A stretch of DNA of 64,000 bases. Source: Eledone cirrhosa (taxonomy: Eukaryota). Below, piece by piece: positions 12,815-25,671 of this stretch. The position numbers and the translations under genes were made by a program. The notes beneath the pieces are model-generated. The model saw only the letters and a program-made list of their open reading frames with translations. It did not search any database and was not told the origin of the DNA. The stretch is taken from positions 66,464,001 through 66,528,000 of the forward strand of contig OZ024745.1 in assembly GCA_964016885.1 (NCBI GenBank), in the 5' to 3' direction. Positions within the stretch are counted from its first letter, which is position 1. Every line of letters begins with the position of its first letter.

Positions 12815-14030
12815 TCGTAGATCTAGAGGCAAAATTATATTACCAGCTGCAGGAAACGTTCTGTCACGACTTTGCCACCTACATTAATAACAACTAGAAA
12901 CGTTACCTAGACGACTGCTTCATCTTCTCTAATAGAAGCCAAAAAGACTTGCAAAGATTCCATCCCATCATAAACAGGCTTCACAAAGCAATACAATTTA
13001 CCATGGAATGTAATAAAAAGGAGCTACCATTTCTGGATATCCTTATCATTAAAGAAGGGGAAAATATCAAAACAGACCTATTTTACAAACCAACAGACAC
13101 ACACCAATACATGAATTTCCGATCAGCCCACTCCTCACATACCAAAAGGAACATTCCCTTTAACATGGCAAGACGCCTTTGCACCATATTAACACACCCC
13201 TCACTAAAGGAAAAAAAGATTATATGAACTAAAAGGGCTCCTCGAAAGACAAGAATATCCAGTGAACCCCATCAACACAGCCATCTCCAAGATCCAGAAC
13301 ATCCCAGTGACAACACTGAGAAAAACAAACCAACAAAATAAAAGGGAAAAATCAGTTATTTCTTTTGTCGACACTCACAATCCAAGGAACGTTAACATTG
13401 TGAAAGTCGCTAAACAATATTTTCCGATTCTGCAAAATGAATACACTCATAAAAGACTCACAAATAATATAGAGTAGACACCAAGCACCCAACCTAAAAA
13501 ACTGCTTACCAAGGCGAAATTTACATCTGATAATGAAACAATGCAAGTTGCGGAAATTGTGAATAGATTGAAGAGGGTGGGCAAATCTCCTTTAAAAACA
13601 GTGAGATGTTCAAAGTTAACGAAAGCATGAACTGCAAAACAAAAAAATTAATTTATTGTACAACCTTCCCACAATGTGAAGAATACTACATTGGTGAAAC
13701 CGGAACGGGTCTAGTTGACAGTTCATGTCCATAAACAACAAATTAGAGACCCCTCAGTCAGAAACACCACATGCAGTGAATACTTTGCATCGTCTGAGAA
13801 GGGAACATTCACAATCTTCCCCTTCTTTGAGGTATGGTCAGACAACAAACATTTCTTGAAATATAAAGAATTCTTCATTAGAAAGTACAAATCACTACTG
13901 AACACAAAAAGCTAGATCTACATTATAAAATGATATTATAAAATTGAATTGTTTAGAACTACAAGTAAAGTCATTCTTTTCCTTTTTTTTCAAATATAAC
14001 TGTACCAAGGATTCCACACATTTTCCAACA
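12815..14030 (+). mobile_element. Penelope-like element, 5'-truncated and degenerate: RT C-terminus, linker and GIY-YIG endonuclease
   Basis: RYLDDCFIF, IQFTMECNKKELPFLDILI, LFYKPTDTHQYMNFRSAHSSHTKRNIPF; a frameshifted NCKTK.LIYC..PQCEEYYIGETG GIY-YIG motif at ~13630-13705; multiple stops and frameshifts. Confidence 0.9.
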
Positions 14031-14796
14031 TATATATATATATATATATATATATTTGTGCGTGTATGTATATATTTGTTGATAAATAAAGAACAATGAT
14101 GTGTAAATGAAAATCTGTACTTATCTTCACTTTTGACATTATCTTCTCATTTTTCTGCCAACTGATGAATTTTCATTAAAATTCGTAAATGGGAGGCATA
14201 TATATACATTATTTAGTGTATTATTGAAGTACCAGTTATATACTTTGATTGAATAAAATAAGTATATTCTACAACTTTCAGTAGTAAAAGAAATGAGGAC
14301 AGTAAAAGAAAAAAAAAATTTCCATATACCCTTAATCCATGTAAAGCTTAAACAATGCAAATGTGAAGAAAACATTTGGGACACAGCATTTCTAAAAACT
14401 AAAGGAAAATCCATTATAAATAAAATTAATTTCGTATTCTCAGCAAGTATGAGGATTATTATAATAATTCTGCCTAATCAGCAAGTGATCATAATTTTCT
14501 GTACAAAAGCAAGTAATGGTTTAGTACAAGTTCATTTATTGTATAAGAATTGCTCAAATTAGCTCATGCATATCTTATTAACTCTGGTGGGATGAATGCA
14601 AAACTACTACCAGCATGATTTGAATGTAGATCATAAGGGGATGTTTCCAGTAATAAACATTAGTATATTTACATGTAACATAAATATTAAAGACATACAT
14701 TCATACATAAATGCACATATACATATAAACATACATATTACTCACACACCTAGTTGCTATCAAAGGGTAGATTGTATGATGTTTGCATGAGATGTG

Positions 14797-15155
14797 TCAT
14801 CATCATCATCATCATCATCATCATTTTACGTCCGCTTTTCCCTGCTTGCAAGGGTGGGACAGGAACTGATTCTGGCTTGATTTCTACAGCTAGATGCCCT
14901 TCCTAACACCAACCTCATTTACAGTGCTTTTTGGGGTGCTTTTTTGCCGTGGCACCTCCACGACCACTTTGCAGTGGAATGATAGGGACTGGGACCCCAG
15001 TCTCTATCATCTCATTTCTACAGCTGAGTAAACTGGAGTAATTTGAAATAAAGTGTCTTGCTCAAGGAAACAACACATCACCCGGTCTGAGAATTGAACT
15101 CACAGCCTTTCGATTGCAAGGCCAATGCTCTAATCACTAAACCATGTGCCTCCAC
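14797..15155 (-). mobile_element. tRNA-derived SINE, family B (tRNA head, CORE-like middle, RTE-derived 3' tail)
   Basis: Minus strand reads A-box TGGTTTAGTGATTAG, B-box GAGTTCAATTC, CORE-like CCTTGAGCAAGACACTTTA, then GGTGTTAGGAAGGGCATC and CTTGCAAGCAGGGAAAAGCGGACGTAAAA(TGA)n as at RTE 3' ends. Confidence 0.8.
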
Positions 15156-15159
15156 TAAA

Positions 15160-15500
15160 CCATGTGATGTTGCATATCAGTGAGACATGGGCATAAGTCC
15201 AGAGGATATATATGGAGGATGGAGAGAAATGAAGGAAGCATGCTCCATTGGATGTGTAATGTTATAGTGTGCATGAATAACAGGGTGTGGAAAAACTGAG
15301 ATAAAAGCTGGTGTAAGGGGATGTAATACAAAAGAGAGAATGACTGCACTAGTTTGGAGGTGTGATGTGTACGGATGAGGAACACTGGATGAAGAAATGT
15401 CAGTTGAAGGAAGCTACAGTAGAGGAAGACTAGGAAAAACATGGCCAGAGGTGATTATAGACCATTTCAAAATGCTGGACTTCACTAAGAATATGATGAA
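15160..15500 (+). mobile_element. Old RTE LINE 3' ORF fragment
   Basis: Decayed SETWA...ERNEGSMLHWMC...GRLGKTWPEVI. Confidence 0.7.
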
Positions 15501-15594
15501 GAAATACTATATGATGAATTCACTAAGAATATGAGGAAGAAATACTATATATACGAGTATGGGCATTGGAAAGCAAAATATGATAATTATATAT

Positions 15595-15750
15595 CATTGG
15601 TGTTAGGAAGGGCATCCAGCTGTAGAAATCGAGCCAGAATCAGTTCCCGTATGAGCAAGACATGGTCAGCCGACCGGCTACTGCCCACAACAGGACAACC
15701 CGTCTAACCCATGCTAGCGTGGAAGAATGAACGTAAAACGGTGATGATGA
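15595..15750 (+). mobile_element. RTE/SINE 3' tail fragment
   Basis: GGTGTTAGGAAGGGCATCCAGCTGTAGAAA...CATGCTAGCGTGGAAGAATGAACGTAAAACGGTGATGATG. Confidence 0.75.
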
Positions 15751-15780
15751 TCATCATCATCTGAACCACGAGGCCATAGT

Positions 15781-16275
15781 ATCTAGAATAAGGACAGGTT
15801 GGAAGAAGTTTAGGGAGCTGCTTCCTCTGTTGACAAAGAAGGGTTTCTCCCTGCGTTCGAAAGGCCAGTTTATGATGCCTGTGTGAGATGCCCGATGCTG
15901 CATGGTAGTGAGACATGGGCAGCAACTGCAGAGGATATGTGATGGCTGAAAAGAAATTAAGTAAGCTTGCTCCGTTGGATGTGTAATGTCAATGTGCATG
16001 AACAACCAAGCATAGATGAGTTGAGAGAGAAACTGTGTATAAGAGGGATAAGTTGTAGTGTGGGGGAGAGAAGACGGCGATGGTATGGACATGTGATGCG
16101 CATGGAGGATGACCGTTGGGTAAAGAAGTGCCAAGAAATCCCAATAGAAGGAAGACCACGATAAACATGGAGGAGAGGACGAAGGACCGTGACAAGTTGA
16201 GAGATGCTGTGCTGAATAGGACCCGTCCCACCTTTGCAAGCAGGGAAAATGGGACATAAAATGATGATGATCATC
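15781..16275 (+). mobile_element. RTE LINE 3' fragment with (GAT)n tail
   Basis: GWKKFRELLPLL...LRWMC...ERRRRWYGHVMRMEDDRWVKKC. Confidence 0.85.
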
Positions 16276-16289
16276 GTCATTTATCGTGG

Positions 16290-16510
16290 GATAGATGGGT
16301 TGTCCCATTAGAGGCAAGACATGTCAGGTGACTATGTCTTGCTCATACAGCACTGTTTCCGGCTGGGTTTCTACAGCTGGATGCCGTTCCTAATGCCAAC
16401 CACATTTACAGTATGTGCTGGGTGCTTTTTGTCATGACACCTGCACAAGCACTTTAAACAGTGTGGGCTGGATGCTTTTTTTATGTGATACTAGCACAAC
16501 TTTGCAGTGT
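16290..16510 (-). mobile_element. RTE/SINE 3' UTR fragment
   Basis: TTTCTACAGCTGGATGCCGTTCCTAATGCCAACCACATTTACAG is the reverse complement of the shared tail motif. Confidence 0.65.
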
Positions 16511-17292
16511 AAGAGTGGTGTGGACAGAAGTAGGTGTTGAGACGTGGGAGGTGTATGAGAGGGGTTATAGTGGTTCAGATATATATATACTCATTAATTT
16601 TCTACCTAATAGTTGTAAGTCCTGCCTTAGGGCAGGACTTACAACCATTTTAGAACTCAATGTTGTGTTGATGTGATTATCCCGTCGAAGCAAATTTTAA
16701 TTAGTTTTTTTGTGGAGATGTTTCATCTCACTACATATCGTTCACTATTAAAAACTAGTCAGATATATAATAGTGAACACACACAGACACTCGTGAATAG
16801 ATGCACGCACATACAGATACATATGCCCATGAATGGATGCATGCACATGCAAATACATATGTCCATGAAAATGCACTCAAAAACTTACATATGCCCACAT
16901 ACATGAAAGAAAATAGAGTCGATGACTATAAACAGATATATCCATCACATCACAAATCATCATCATCATCATCTTCGTTTAACGTCCATCTTCTACGCTA
17001 GCATGGGTTCACAAACTATATATTTTGTTTAATCGCCAGTATGAAGAGCAGATTGATAATGGAGTCATGTCCATAACCTCTATGGGGGACCCAGAGCCAA
17101 TCCTCTGTGAAATATGAGGAACAGGTGGATACATAATAAAAAAAAATTAATACATGTAAACGAAACTTCATTTTTTTCTTATATCTCCCAAATTATTTTA
17201 TGAAAATTAAGTTTTATAAAACATTGTCTCAAAATAAGGTTGTTTAATAAAATGTCCTGTCACAGTGTGTATGTGTGTGTGTGTATATATAT

Positions 17293-19012
17293 ATCATCAT
17301 CATCATCATCGTTTAATGTCTATCTTCCACGCTAGCATGGGTTTAGACGGGAATTGTCCCACTTGAGGCAAGATTGGTTGTCTTTCTTGTGTAGGACTGT
17401 CTGGCAGGTTTTCTATGGCTGGATGCCCTTCCAAACACCAACCACGTTTACAGTGTGGACTGAGAAGTTTTTACCGTGTTACTACACGGCCACATTACAG
17501 CGTGGACTGTGTGTTTTATTTTGTCGTGACACCTACACGACCTCATTTATTTAGGACTGGATGTTGTGGTACCAACATAACTTAACAGCGAAAGGACTGG
17601 TGTTGATGGGGGTGGGGTTAGGGGTAGTGGGTTGGGGTGTATTTTGGTTAAGAGGTGCCTACTTCCTGTAGGTTTCGCTTTGTACTTAGGGAAGGCGGAT
17701 CTTCTGTATTACGGCATAGAACTCTTGGAGAGATGTAAGTGTGTAAGGTCGGAATTTATCAAATCGTCCCAGATTTTTCTGGGTCTGCCTACGCCGTAGC
17801 TACCGTCTATTTTGATTGCCCTGCACTTTTTTATACAGCTGTCGTCTTTCATGCGCATCACGTGACCATACCAATGTAGTCTTCTCTCGAGTAAACAGCA
17901 TCTGATCCCTCTTGTTCCTAATTTCTCACTTAGTTCATTCATGCTTTGTTGTTCACGTATATTAATATTACACATCCAACGGAGCATGCAAGCTTCGTTC
18001 CTCTCCAGTATGCGTAGATCCTCTGCACACAATGCCCATGTCTCACTGCCATGTAACATTACTGTTCGTATGCAGGCATCATACAGTCTGCTTTCATTTT
18101 TAGAGAGAAACCTTTAGCAACCAATAGTGGTATAAGTTCTCTAAACTTTTTCGATCCCGTTCTGACTCTATCTACTGTAATTTCAGACTGTACCCTCCAC
18201 CCCTGCTGATTTTGTCACCCAGGTAACGGAAGGTGTCCACTATTTCTATAGAACCATCTGGGCAATGGAAGGAGCTAGAATTCTGTGGACACTTGCCTCT
18301 ACTTACTGCACCTGAGCACCAGCCACATATAAAATCTATGTTCTTAGTTAGCTTACCTGTGATCCCACTACATTTTTATGCACCCATACATTGCATTTGG
18401 GACATAACATGGAATTTCTGCCTACTCCTTTCCTACACACTGAGCATGGCCATTTCCCAGAGGGGATCAGTGCCCTATTTCCCTTCCTACATACTAGCAC
18501 TTTAGTCTTAGACAAGTTAATTTTAAGGCCTTTTGTTTCTAGACCATGCTTCCATGTTTGGAATTTCTTCTCTAGTTAGCCATCGATTTAGCTATGAGCG
18601 TTAGGTCATCTGCGTATAGAAATTCCCATGGGCAGCCAGTCTTGAACTCCTCTGTTATAACCTGAAGGGAAATAATAAATAGTAGGGGCTAAGGACAGAA
18701 CCCTGATGAACACCAACTTTTATGCTAAACTCTTCACTATATTCGGTGTTAATTCTAACCTTGCTGACTGTTTCTTTACACATGGCTTGTATAGCTCTCA
18801 CAAGCCATTCATCGACACCTAGTTTTCTGAGAGCCCACCAGATAATGGAACGGGGGACTCTGTCAAAGGCTTTTTCCAAGTCAGCAAAAGCTAAGTGTAG
18901 GGGTTTACTTTTAGCTAGGTACTTCTCCTGTAGTTGTCGTACAAGGAAAAGAGCGTCTGTGGTACTTTTGTCTGACACAAACCCGAACTGCATTTCATCT
19001 AGTTCAATTCGC
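17293..19012 (-). mobile_element. RTE-clade LINE, 5'-truncated (~1.7 kb: RT, PHD-like insert, 3' UTR)
   Basis: MQFGFVSDKSTTDALFLVRQLQEKY...DLEKAFDRVPR...GVHQGSVLSP, FLYADD, LHGSETWAL; (CAT)n tail; same family as 21819-25326. Confidence 0.93.
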
Positions 19013-19221
19013 TCTCTCTCTCTCTCTCAGAGAGAGGGAGAGAGCCATGGACTGATCTAAACATAAATATATATATATATATATATATATATTGTCAATC
19101 CTTCATCACATATGGTAATTACATGATACTGGTTGACTTTTATTGAGGCACTTTGCAAAATATTTCAAAATCTGGAACATTCGGGGCATTCAAATGCTAT
19201 GGTCACATTATGTTTTAAACA

Positions 19222-19412
19222 TGGGGCGGTGGATTGGCAGTATCGGTAGAGGGTCGGACGCCATGCTTTCCAGCATAGTTATGTCCCTTTACGATCTGAG
19301 TTCAAATCCCGCCGAGGTTGACTTTGCCTTTCATCCTTACGGGGTCGATAAAATAAAGTACCAGTAATGCACTGGTTAATTGCTGGCCTTGTGCCTAAAG
19401 TAGAAACAATTA
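19222..19412 (+). mobile_element. SINE family A
   Basis: GGCGGTGGATTGGCAGTATCGGTAGAG...GAGTTCAAATCCCGCCGAGG...core...AGTAGAAACAATTA. Confidence 0.88.
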
Positions 19413-19989
19413 TGTTTTAAACATGGTGCTGCTGTTCTACAACTCTAACAAGCTGTCATACAACCAATATTTAACATTTCTTTGCAACCCCCTGCAAATA
19501 AATAAACTATTTATCTCTATATAGTTTATCAAAGGAAGCCAAAAGAGAACTATAACCTTCAGTGGAAATGATTAGCAGAAAATTGGAAGCCATGGTACAG
19601 AAGAAGAATAGTGACTCCCCATCGTGAAAATATAACACCTAGAAATAAAATTAAAAATGACAGCATTAAGATACATCGTTTATAAGAACTATATAAACCT
19701 TTGGTGGATTCTAATGAATAAAGCCATAAAATTAGAACACATTAGACTACAAGCCAACAGGGTGAACTTAAAATATGACACCCTGTGATCTACACTTGTG
19801 GACAAAATACATCATGAAGGAATACTTGAATTACTTAAACATACAATGAGAAGTCTTCATCTATGAAATTATATATTGATCTGTAGCTAGACTTGCTTAT
19901 GTTGCAGAACATTCAAATTAGATTATGCTATTGTATGATGATCTCTTATTAACTACGCTGAATCATAATCATCAAATTAGTTTAATTTG

Positions 19990-20310
19990 GAGTAACATTA
20001 CTCGATAGAATGTGTAAATGAGATCAGATATTCACTCCAGGTAGAGTCACTACTTCTCCAAATTGAGAGATCACAGCTCCAATACTATGTACATGTGGTT
20101 AGAATGTCTCAGGAAAGAATTGCTGGATAGATTTCATGACCCAGGTGTAAACCCCAAACAAGATGATTGGATAACATCCATGAGCTTAGTTGGTGATGTT
20201 TGGTGATGCAGCTGGATTAGTTGGAGAAAATTGCTTCTGACAGGAGTTGCTGAAAGGAGTGTTTGAGGATCTGTCCCAACAGCTCTCTCAGGAATAAGTG
20301 GGCGAAGAAT
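19990..20310 (+). mobile_element. Old RTE-type LINE 3' fragment (a different family)
   Basis: Decayed GVTLLDRM...SLQVESLLLQIERSQLQYYVHVVRMSQERIA, typical of an RTE C-terminus. Confidence 0.6.
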
Positions 20311-20516
20311 ATCTTATTTTTCTGTTTAATCTGGAGTATTTATCCTGAATGATTAGTACCATTATACTGTCCACAACATACTTTCCTTTAGCCTGAGACA
20401 ACATCCTAATAATTTATTAACTACGTTCCTGTAACTCCATTATCTTAAATTTAGATAGCATTCATTTAATTTAAGACATATTGATTTAAGTAGAACAGAA
20501 ACAATTTGACTTAATA

Positions 20517-20702
20517 TAATGGTTTCTGATTTAGGCACAAGGCCAGCAATTTTGGGGTGGGGGAAAGTTGAATAAATCGACCCCGAGAGATGAAAGGCAA
20601 AACTAACATCAACGGGATTTGAACTCTGAATAAAAAGGGCCATAACTCTATGCTGCAAAGTATGTTGTCTAACGCTCTACCAATACTACCAATTCACTAC
20701 CT
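20517..20702 (-). mobile_element. SINE family A
   Basis: Reverse complement of the core (GATGAAAGGCAAA...GGGATTTGAACTC). Confidence 0.8.
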
Positions 20703-21698
20703 TAATTTGACGTAATATAATTGGACATGTTATTACTTAATCTAGTTTCGTGGATTAGAAACATTTTCAATCCATGAAATTATATTGAGTAACATGTCCT
20801 ATTATATGATGTCAGACTGTTTCTAAGATCTACTTAAATCAATAACTTGACTTAAATTAAATAAATGATACCTAAATTAAATCTAAATTTAAAATAATGC
20901 AGTTATGTACCTAACAATAATTTAATAAATTATATGATACCATCAAGCAAATTAAGTTAAACTAGTTCCTACTCCTTACCTGTAAGGGTTGTGATGTTCC
21001 AGGTTCCAATTGCCATGGTTTGCTCCCTTCTAAACTTTTTCTAACAAGCCCATCTACCTAGGGCCTGAACACATCCCTTGTTAATCCACATGAAGGATGA
21101 GGTATGGTTCTTTTTCACACTTATCACCATATTGCAGGTTTGGGTGTCTTATTCTCCCCAGTCCCCAATCTGATACGTTCTCAAACCTGTGAAAACTAGG
21201 ATTTTTTAGTGGTGGCCTTCACACACCTCCTGATAGCTACATCACTGGGATGTGAGAGTTTTTTTAGGAGTGACAGGTGTCACCCATTGCTTCATCTCCC
21301 TTAGTAGTTTACTGCTGTTGGTCCAGGGTTGCTTATTCTTCTGGCAGACGCCTGCTAATGTCACAACAATCTATCATATCTGGTGTCCATATCACTATCT
21401 GCCATCTGTGATCCATTCTGTAGCAGAACAGATCTGCTGAGAAACTTAATTATTTGCTTTATTAAATGTTTAATTTAATTCAATTATTATCCTTGCTGTT
21501 ATTTGCCTATCCATATATATCAAATTATTATCCTACATGAAATATGAAATAAAGGACAGAAAAGAACCAGCAGTAAATTTGAGAGATAGAGATTCTGTTA
21601 CAGAGCTTTAAGTTCTAACAAATATATACATACTCTAATTAATATGCATCAAGTACACATGTAAACAGAACATTTTTTGTTTTATCTAAAACATCCAT

Positions 21699-21707
<9 letters not shown>

Positions 21708-21747
<40 letters not shown>

Positions 21748-21818
21748 TTATATATTTATATATATATATTTATATATATATATTTATATATATATATTTA
21801 TATATATATATTTATATA
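21708..21818. repeat. (TA)n / (TATATT)n microsatellite
   Basis: Direct reading; it produces the spurious YIYIYI N-terminus of the ORF-track call at 21700. Confidence 0.95.
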
Positions 21819-24800
21819 TGGTCGCTCTAACGAGGTTGTAGAAATGCTTGAACGTAAGGAGGTCGATGTTTGTTGTAGTCAAGAGACCAGGTGGAGGGGA
21901 GGGTCTGCTAGATTCATCGTGGGTAAAGAACGATGCTATAAGCTTTTCTGGGTGGTAAATGACAATGGGCTGGGTGGAGTAGGAATCATGGAAGCAGAAA
22001 AGTGGGCAGATAAGATAATAGACGTAAATAGAGTGAACGACAGAATAATTAAAATAAGACTTGTCCTCAATAGAACTACTGTGACAGTAATATCTGCATA
22101 CGCACCCCAATCCGGACTGCCCGGCGCTATAAAGGACAGATTCTATGAGACACTGATGCTCGCTACCTCCCAAATAACCGACAGTGACTATATAATTATT
22201 GCAGGCGACCTAAATGGTCACGTTGGACAACATTGTGACGGCTATGACGGAATCCATGGAGGCTATGGGTTCGGTACTAGAAATGAGGAAGGCTCCAGAA
22301 TCCTGGAATTCTGTGACGCAAATAACCTAATTATCTGTAACACTAACTTCAAAAAACGAGACAATCACTTGATCACCTATAGATCGGGGGAACACACAAG
22401 CCAGGTAGATTATATCCTTACCAGAAGATGTGACAGAGTGTCTGTTGTTAACACTAAATCCCTCCCCCATGAAGAATGCACCTCCCAACATAGACTGATA
22501 ATTAGCGACCTCATAGTCAGGACGAGACGTACTAGACAGCAGAAGAGGACTATCCTCAGGAGAAAAATATGGAAGCTAAAGGACCCCATAGCCAGAAATA
22601 AATTTCAAAGCATATTACTTGATGCTTTCGACAGTAAGGAAGAGCAATTAGAGTCGTATAATATAGAGGAACAGTGGGAATTCCTGAAAGCAAAGCTGCT
22701 GACGGCGGCAGACGAAGTCTGTGGCTGGAGCAGGCCTGTAGGTAGGATGAGAGTAACATGGTGGTGGAACAGTAAGGTGGAGGAGTCAATTAAGGCCAAA
22801 AAGCAGGCTTGGAAAGTATGGCGGGATGGGGGAAGTAGAGAAGATTATCAAGTGGCCAGGAGGGAAGCTAGGAGACAAGTGTACTTCGCAAGAAGGGAAG
22901 CAGAGGAAAGAAAGTTCAAGCATGTTCTACAACGTGAGGACCAAAAACGTGAGGTGTTCAGGATTGCTAGGCAATGTGTCAAGGAAAACTGTGATATTGT
23001 CGGGGAGAAGTGTGTACTTAATGATGATGGCATACTTGCCATCACTGACGCTGATAAGAAGGTAGCTTGGAAGTATCACTACGAAAGGCTTCTAAATGAG
23101 GAGAACAAATGGGAAAAAGACAGTCTCCCCCCCATCGACCCAATAGAGGGACCAGCAGTGTTACTCGAATGTAGTATAATAAGTAAGGCAATCAAAGATA
23201 TGAAGACGGGTAAGGCGGCTGGGCCTTCGGAAATAGTTGCTGAGGTGCTGAAAGCCTCTGGAACGGTGGGACACACCATGGTCACCCGGATAGTAAACCA
23301 TGTCATACAGAATGGAGTTGTTCCGAAGGACTGGCATAGCAGCATCATCATTAACTGTTACAAGGGTAAAGGAGATGCCCTAGATAGGTGTAACTATAGA
23401 GGCATTAAATTAATCGATCAGATCATGAAGGTCGCGGAAAAAGTAATAGCGCAACTAATCAGAGAGAGAATTGATCTAGATGAAATGCAGTTCAGTTTGT
23501 GTCAGGTTAAAGTACCACAGACGCTCTTTTCATTGTACGACAACTACAGGAGAAGTACCTAGCTAAAAGTAAATCCCTATACTTAGCTTTTGTTGACTTG
23601 GAGAAAGCCTTCGACAGAGTCGCCCGTTCCATTATCTGGTGGGCTCTTAGAAAACTAGGTGTTGACGAATGGCTTGTGAGAGCTATACAAGCCATGTATA
23701 AAGAAACAGTCAGCAAGGTTAGAATTAACAACGAATATAGTGAAGAGTTTAGCGTAAAAGTTGGTGTCCATCAGGGCTCTGTTCTTAACCGCCTACTATT
23801 TATTATTGCCCTTCAAGCTATAACAGAGGGGTTCACGACCGGCTGCCCATGGGAACTCCTATACGCAGATGATCTAACGCTCATAGCTGAATCAATGACC
23901 GAGCTAGAGAAGAAATTCTAAACATGGAAGCACGGCCTAGAATCAAAAGGCCTTAAAATTAACCTGGCTAAGACTAAAGTTCTAGTTTGTAGGAAAGAAA
24001 ATAAGGCGGTGGTCCCTTCCGGGAAATGGCCATGCTCAGTGTGTAGGAAAGGCGTAGGTAGAAACTCCATTTTATGTCCCAAATGCAAAGTATGGGTGCA
24101 TAAAAGATGTAGTGGGATCACAGGTAAGCTAACTAAGAACATAGATTCTACATGTGGCCGGTGCTCTGGTGCAATAAGTAGCAGCAAGTGCCCACAAAAA
24201 TACTAGCCCTTTCAATTGCACAGAGGGTTCTATAGGAATATTGTGGACAGCTTCCGTTACCTGGGTGACAAAATCAGCAGTGGGGGAGGGTGCTCTGAAA
24301 GTACAGTAGCTAGAGTCAGAACTGGATGGAAAAAGTTCAGAAGCTTATACCACTATTAGCCGCTAAAGGGTTCTCCCTAAAAATGAAAGCAGATTGTATG
24401 ATGCCTGCATACGAACAGCAATGCTGCATGGCAGTGAGACCTGGGCATTGTGTGCAGAGGATATACGCAGACTAGAGAGGAACGAAGCTTGCATGCTCCG
24501 CTGGATGTGTAATAGTAATATACGTGAATGGCTAAGCATAAACGAACTAAGGAAAAAATTAGAAATAAGAAGGATCAGATGTTGTTTACTCGAGAGAAGG
24601 CTACGTTGATATGGTCACGTGATGCGCATGAAAGACGACAGCTGTATAACAAAGTGCAGGGCAATAAATATAGACGGTAGCCACGGAGTAGGCAGACCCA
24701 GAAAAACCTGGGATGATTTGATAAACTCCGACCTCACACGCTTACATCTCTCCAAGACAATGTCACTGGACCGAGACCTTTGGCGGTACTCAGTAATAGA

Positions 24801-25326
24801 GAAGACCCGCCTTACCTAAATACAAAGTAAAACCCACTACAGTCAGTAGGCATCTCTAACAAAATACACCCCCGTCCCATCACCCCCACCCCATCCACAC
24901 CGCCCCTTTCAATGTAAAGTTATGTTGGTGCCACAACATCCAGGCCGAAACAAATGAGATCGTGTAGGTGTCACGACAAAAAACACACAGTCCACGCTGT
25001 AATGTGGCCGTGTAGGCAACACGGTAAACACCTCCCAGCCCCACACTGTAAATGTGGTTGGTGTTAGGAAGGGCATCCAGCTGTAGAAAACCCGCCAGAC
25101 AGTCCATGATGTAATGTGGCCATGTAGGCAACACGGTAAAAACCTCCCAGCCCCACACTGTAAATGTGGTTGGTGTTAGGAAGGGCATCCAGCTGTAGAA
25201 AACCCGCCAGGCAGTCCTATGCGAGCAAGACAATCACTCTTGCATCAAGTGGGAAAACCCCGTCCAAACCCATGCAAGCGTGGAACACGGACATTAAACG
25301 TTGATGATGATGATGATGATGATGAT
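21819..25326 (+). mobile_element. Near full-length RTE-clade LINE (AP endonuclease, RT, PHD-like finger), disabled
   Basis: APE motifs QETRW, SAYAPQ, GDLNGHVG, QVDYIL, SQHRL; RT motifs KAAGPSEI, NYRGIKL, DLEKAFDRV, GVHQGSVL, LLYADD, FRYLG; frameshift ~23507, stop 23919 and further lesions; natural stop 24819; 3' UTR and (GAT)n tail to 25326. Confidence 0.96.
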
Positions 25327-25409
25327 ATATTTATATATATATATTTATATATATACATTTATATATATTTATATATATATATTTATATATATATATATAT
25401 ATATTTATA

Positions 25410-25452
<43 letters not shown>

Positions 25453-25453
25453 T

Positions 25454-25482
<29 letters not shown>
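25327..25482. repeat. (TA)n-rich microsatellite, left flank of the 420-bp array
   Basis: Direct reading. Confidence 0.95.
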
Positions 25483-25487
<5 letters not shown>

Positions 25488-25671
25488 AGTATGTACACGT
25501 GCATACATATATGTATACAGACGTACAGTAGTATGTATATATATATACATACATGCACACATATATATATGCACGTATGGATTCACCGAACATTTATTAT
25601 AATGCTCGGTGTGTTTGTAAACAAACATCCCGTATTAAGCCGTAGTGTCTAGCAACCACCGTTGCTCGTTT

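Noticed and set aside
21700-21818. N-terminus of the 620-aa ORF, and other YIYI/MMMM/CVCV ORFs (25219, 25301, 27391, 4602, 44609)
   Set aside because: Translations of microsatellites, not genes
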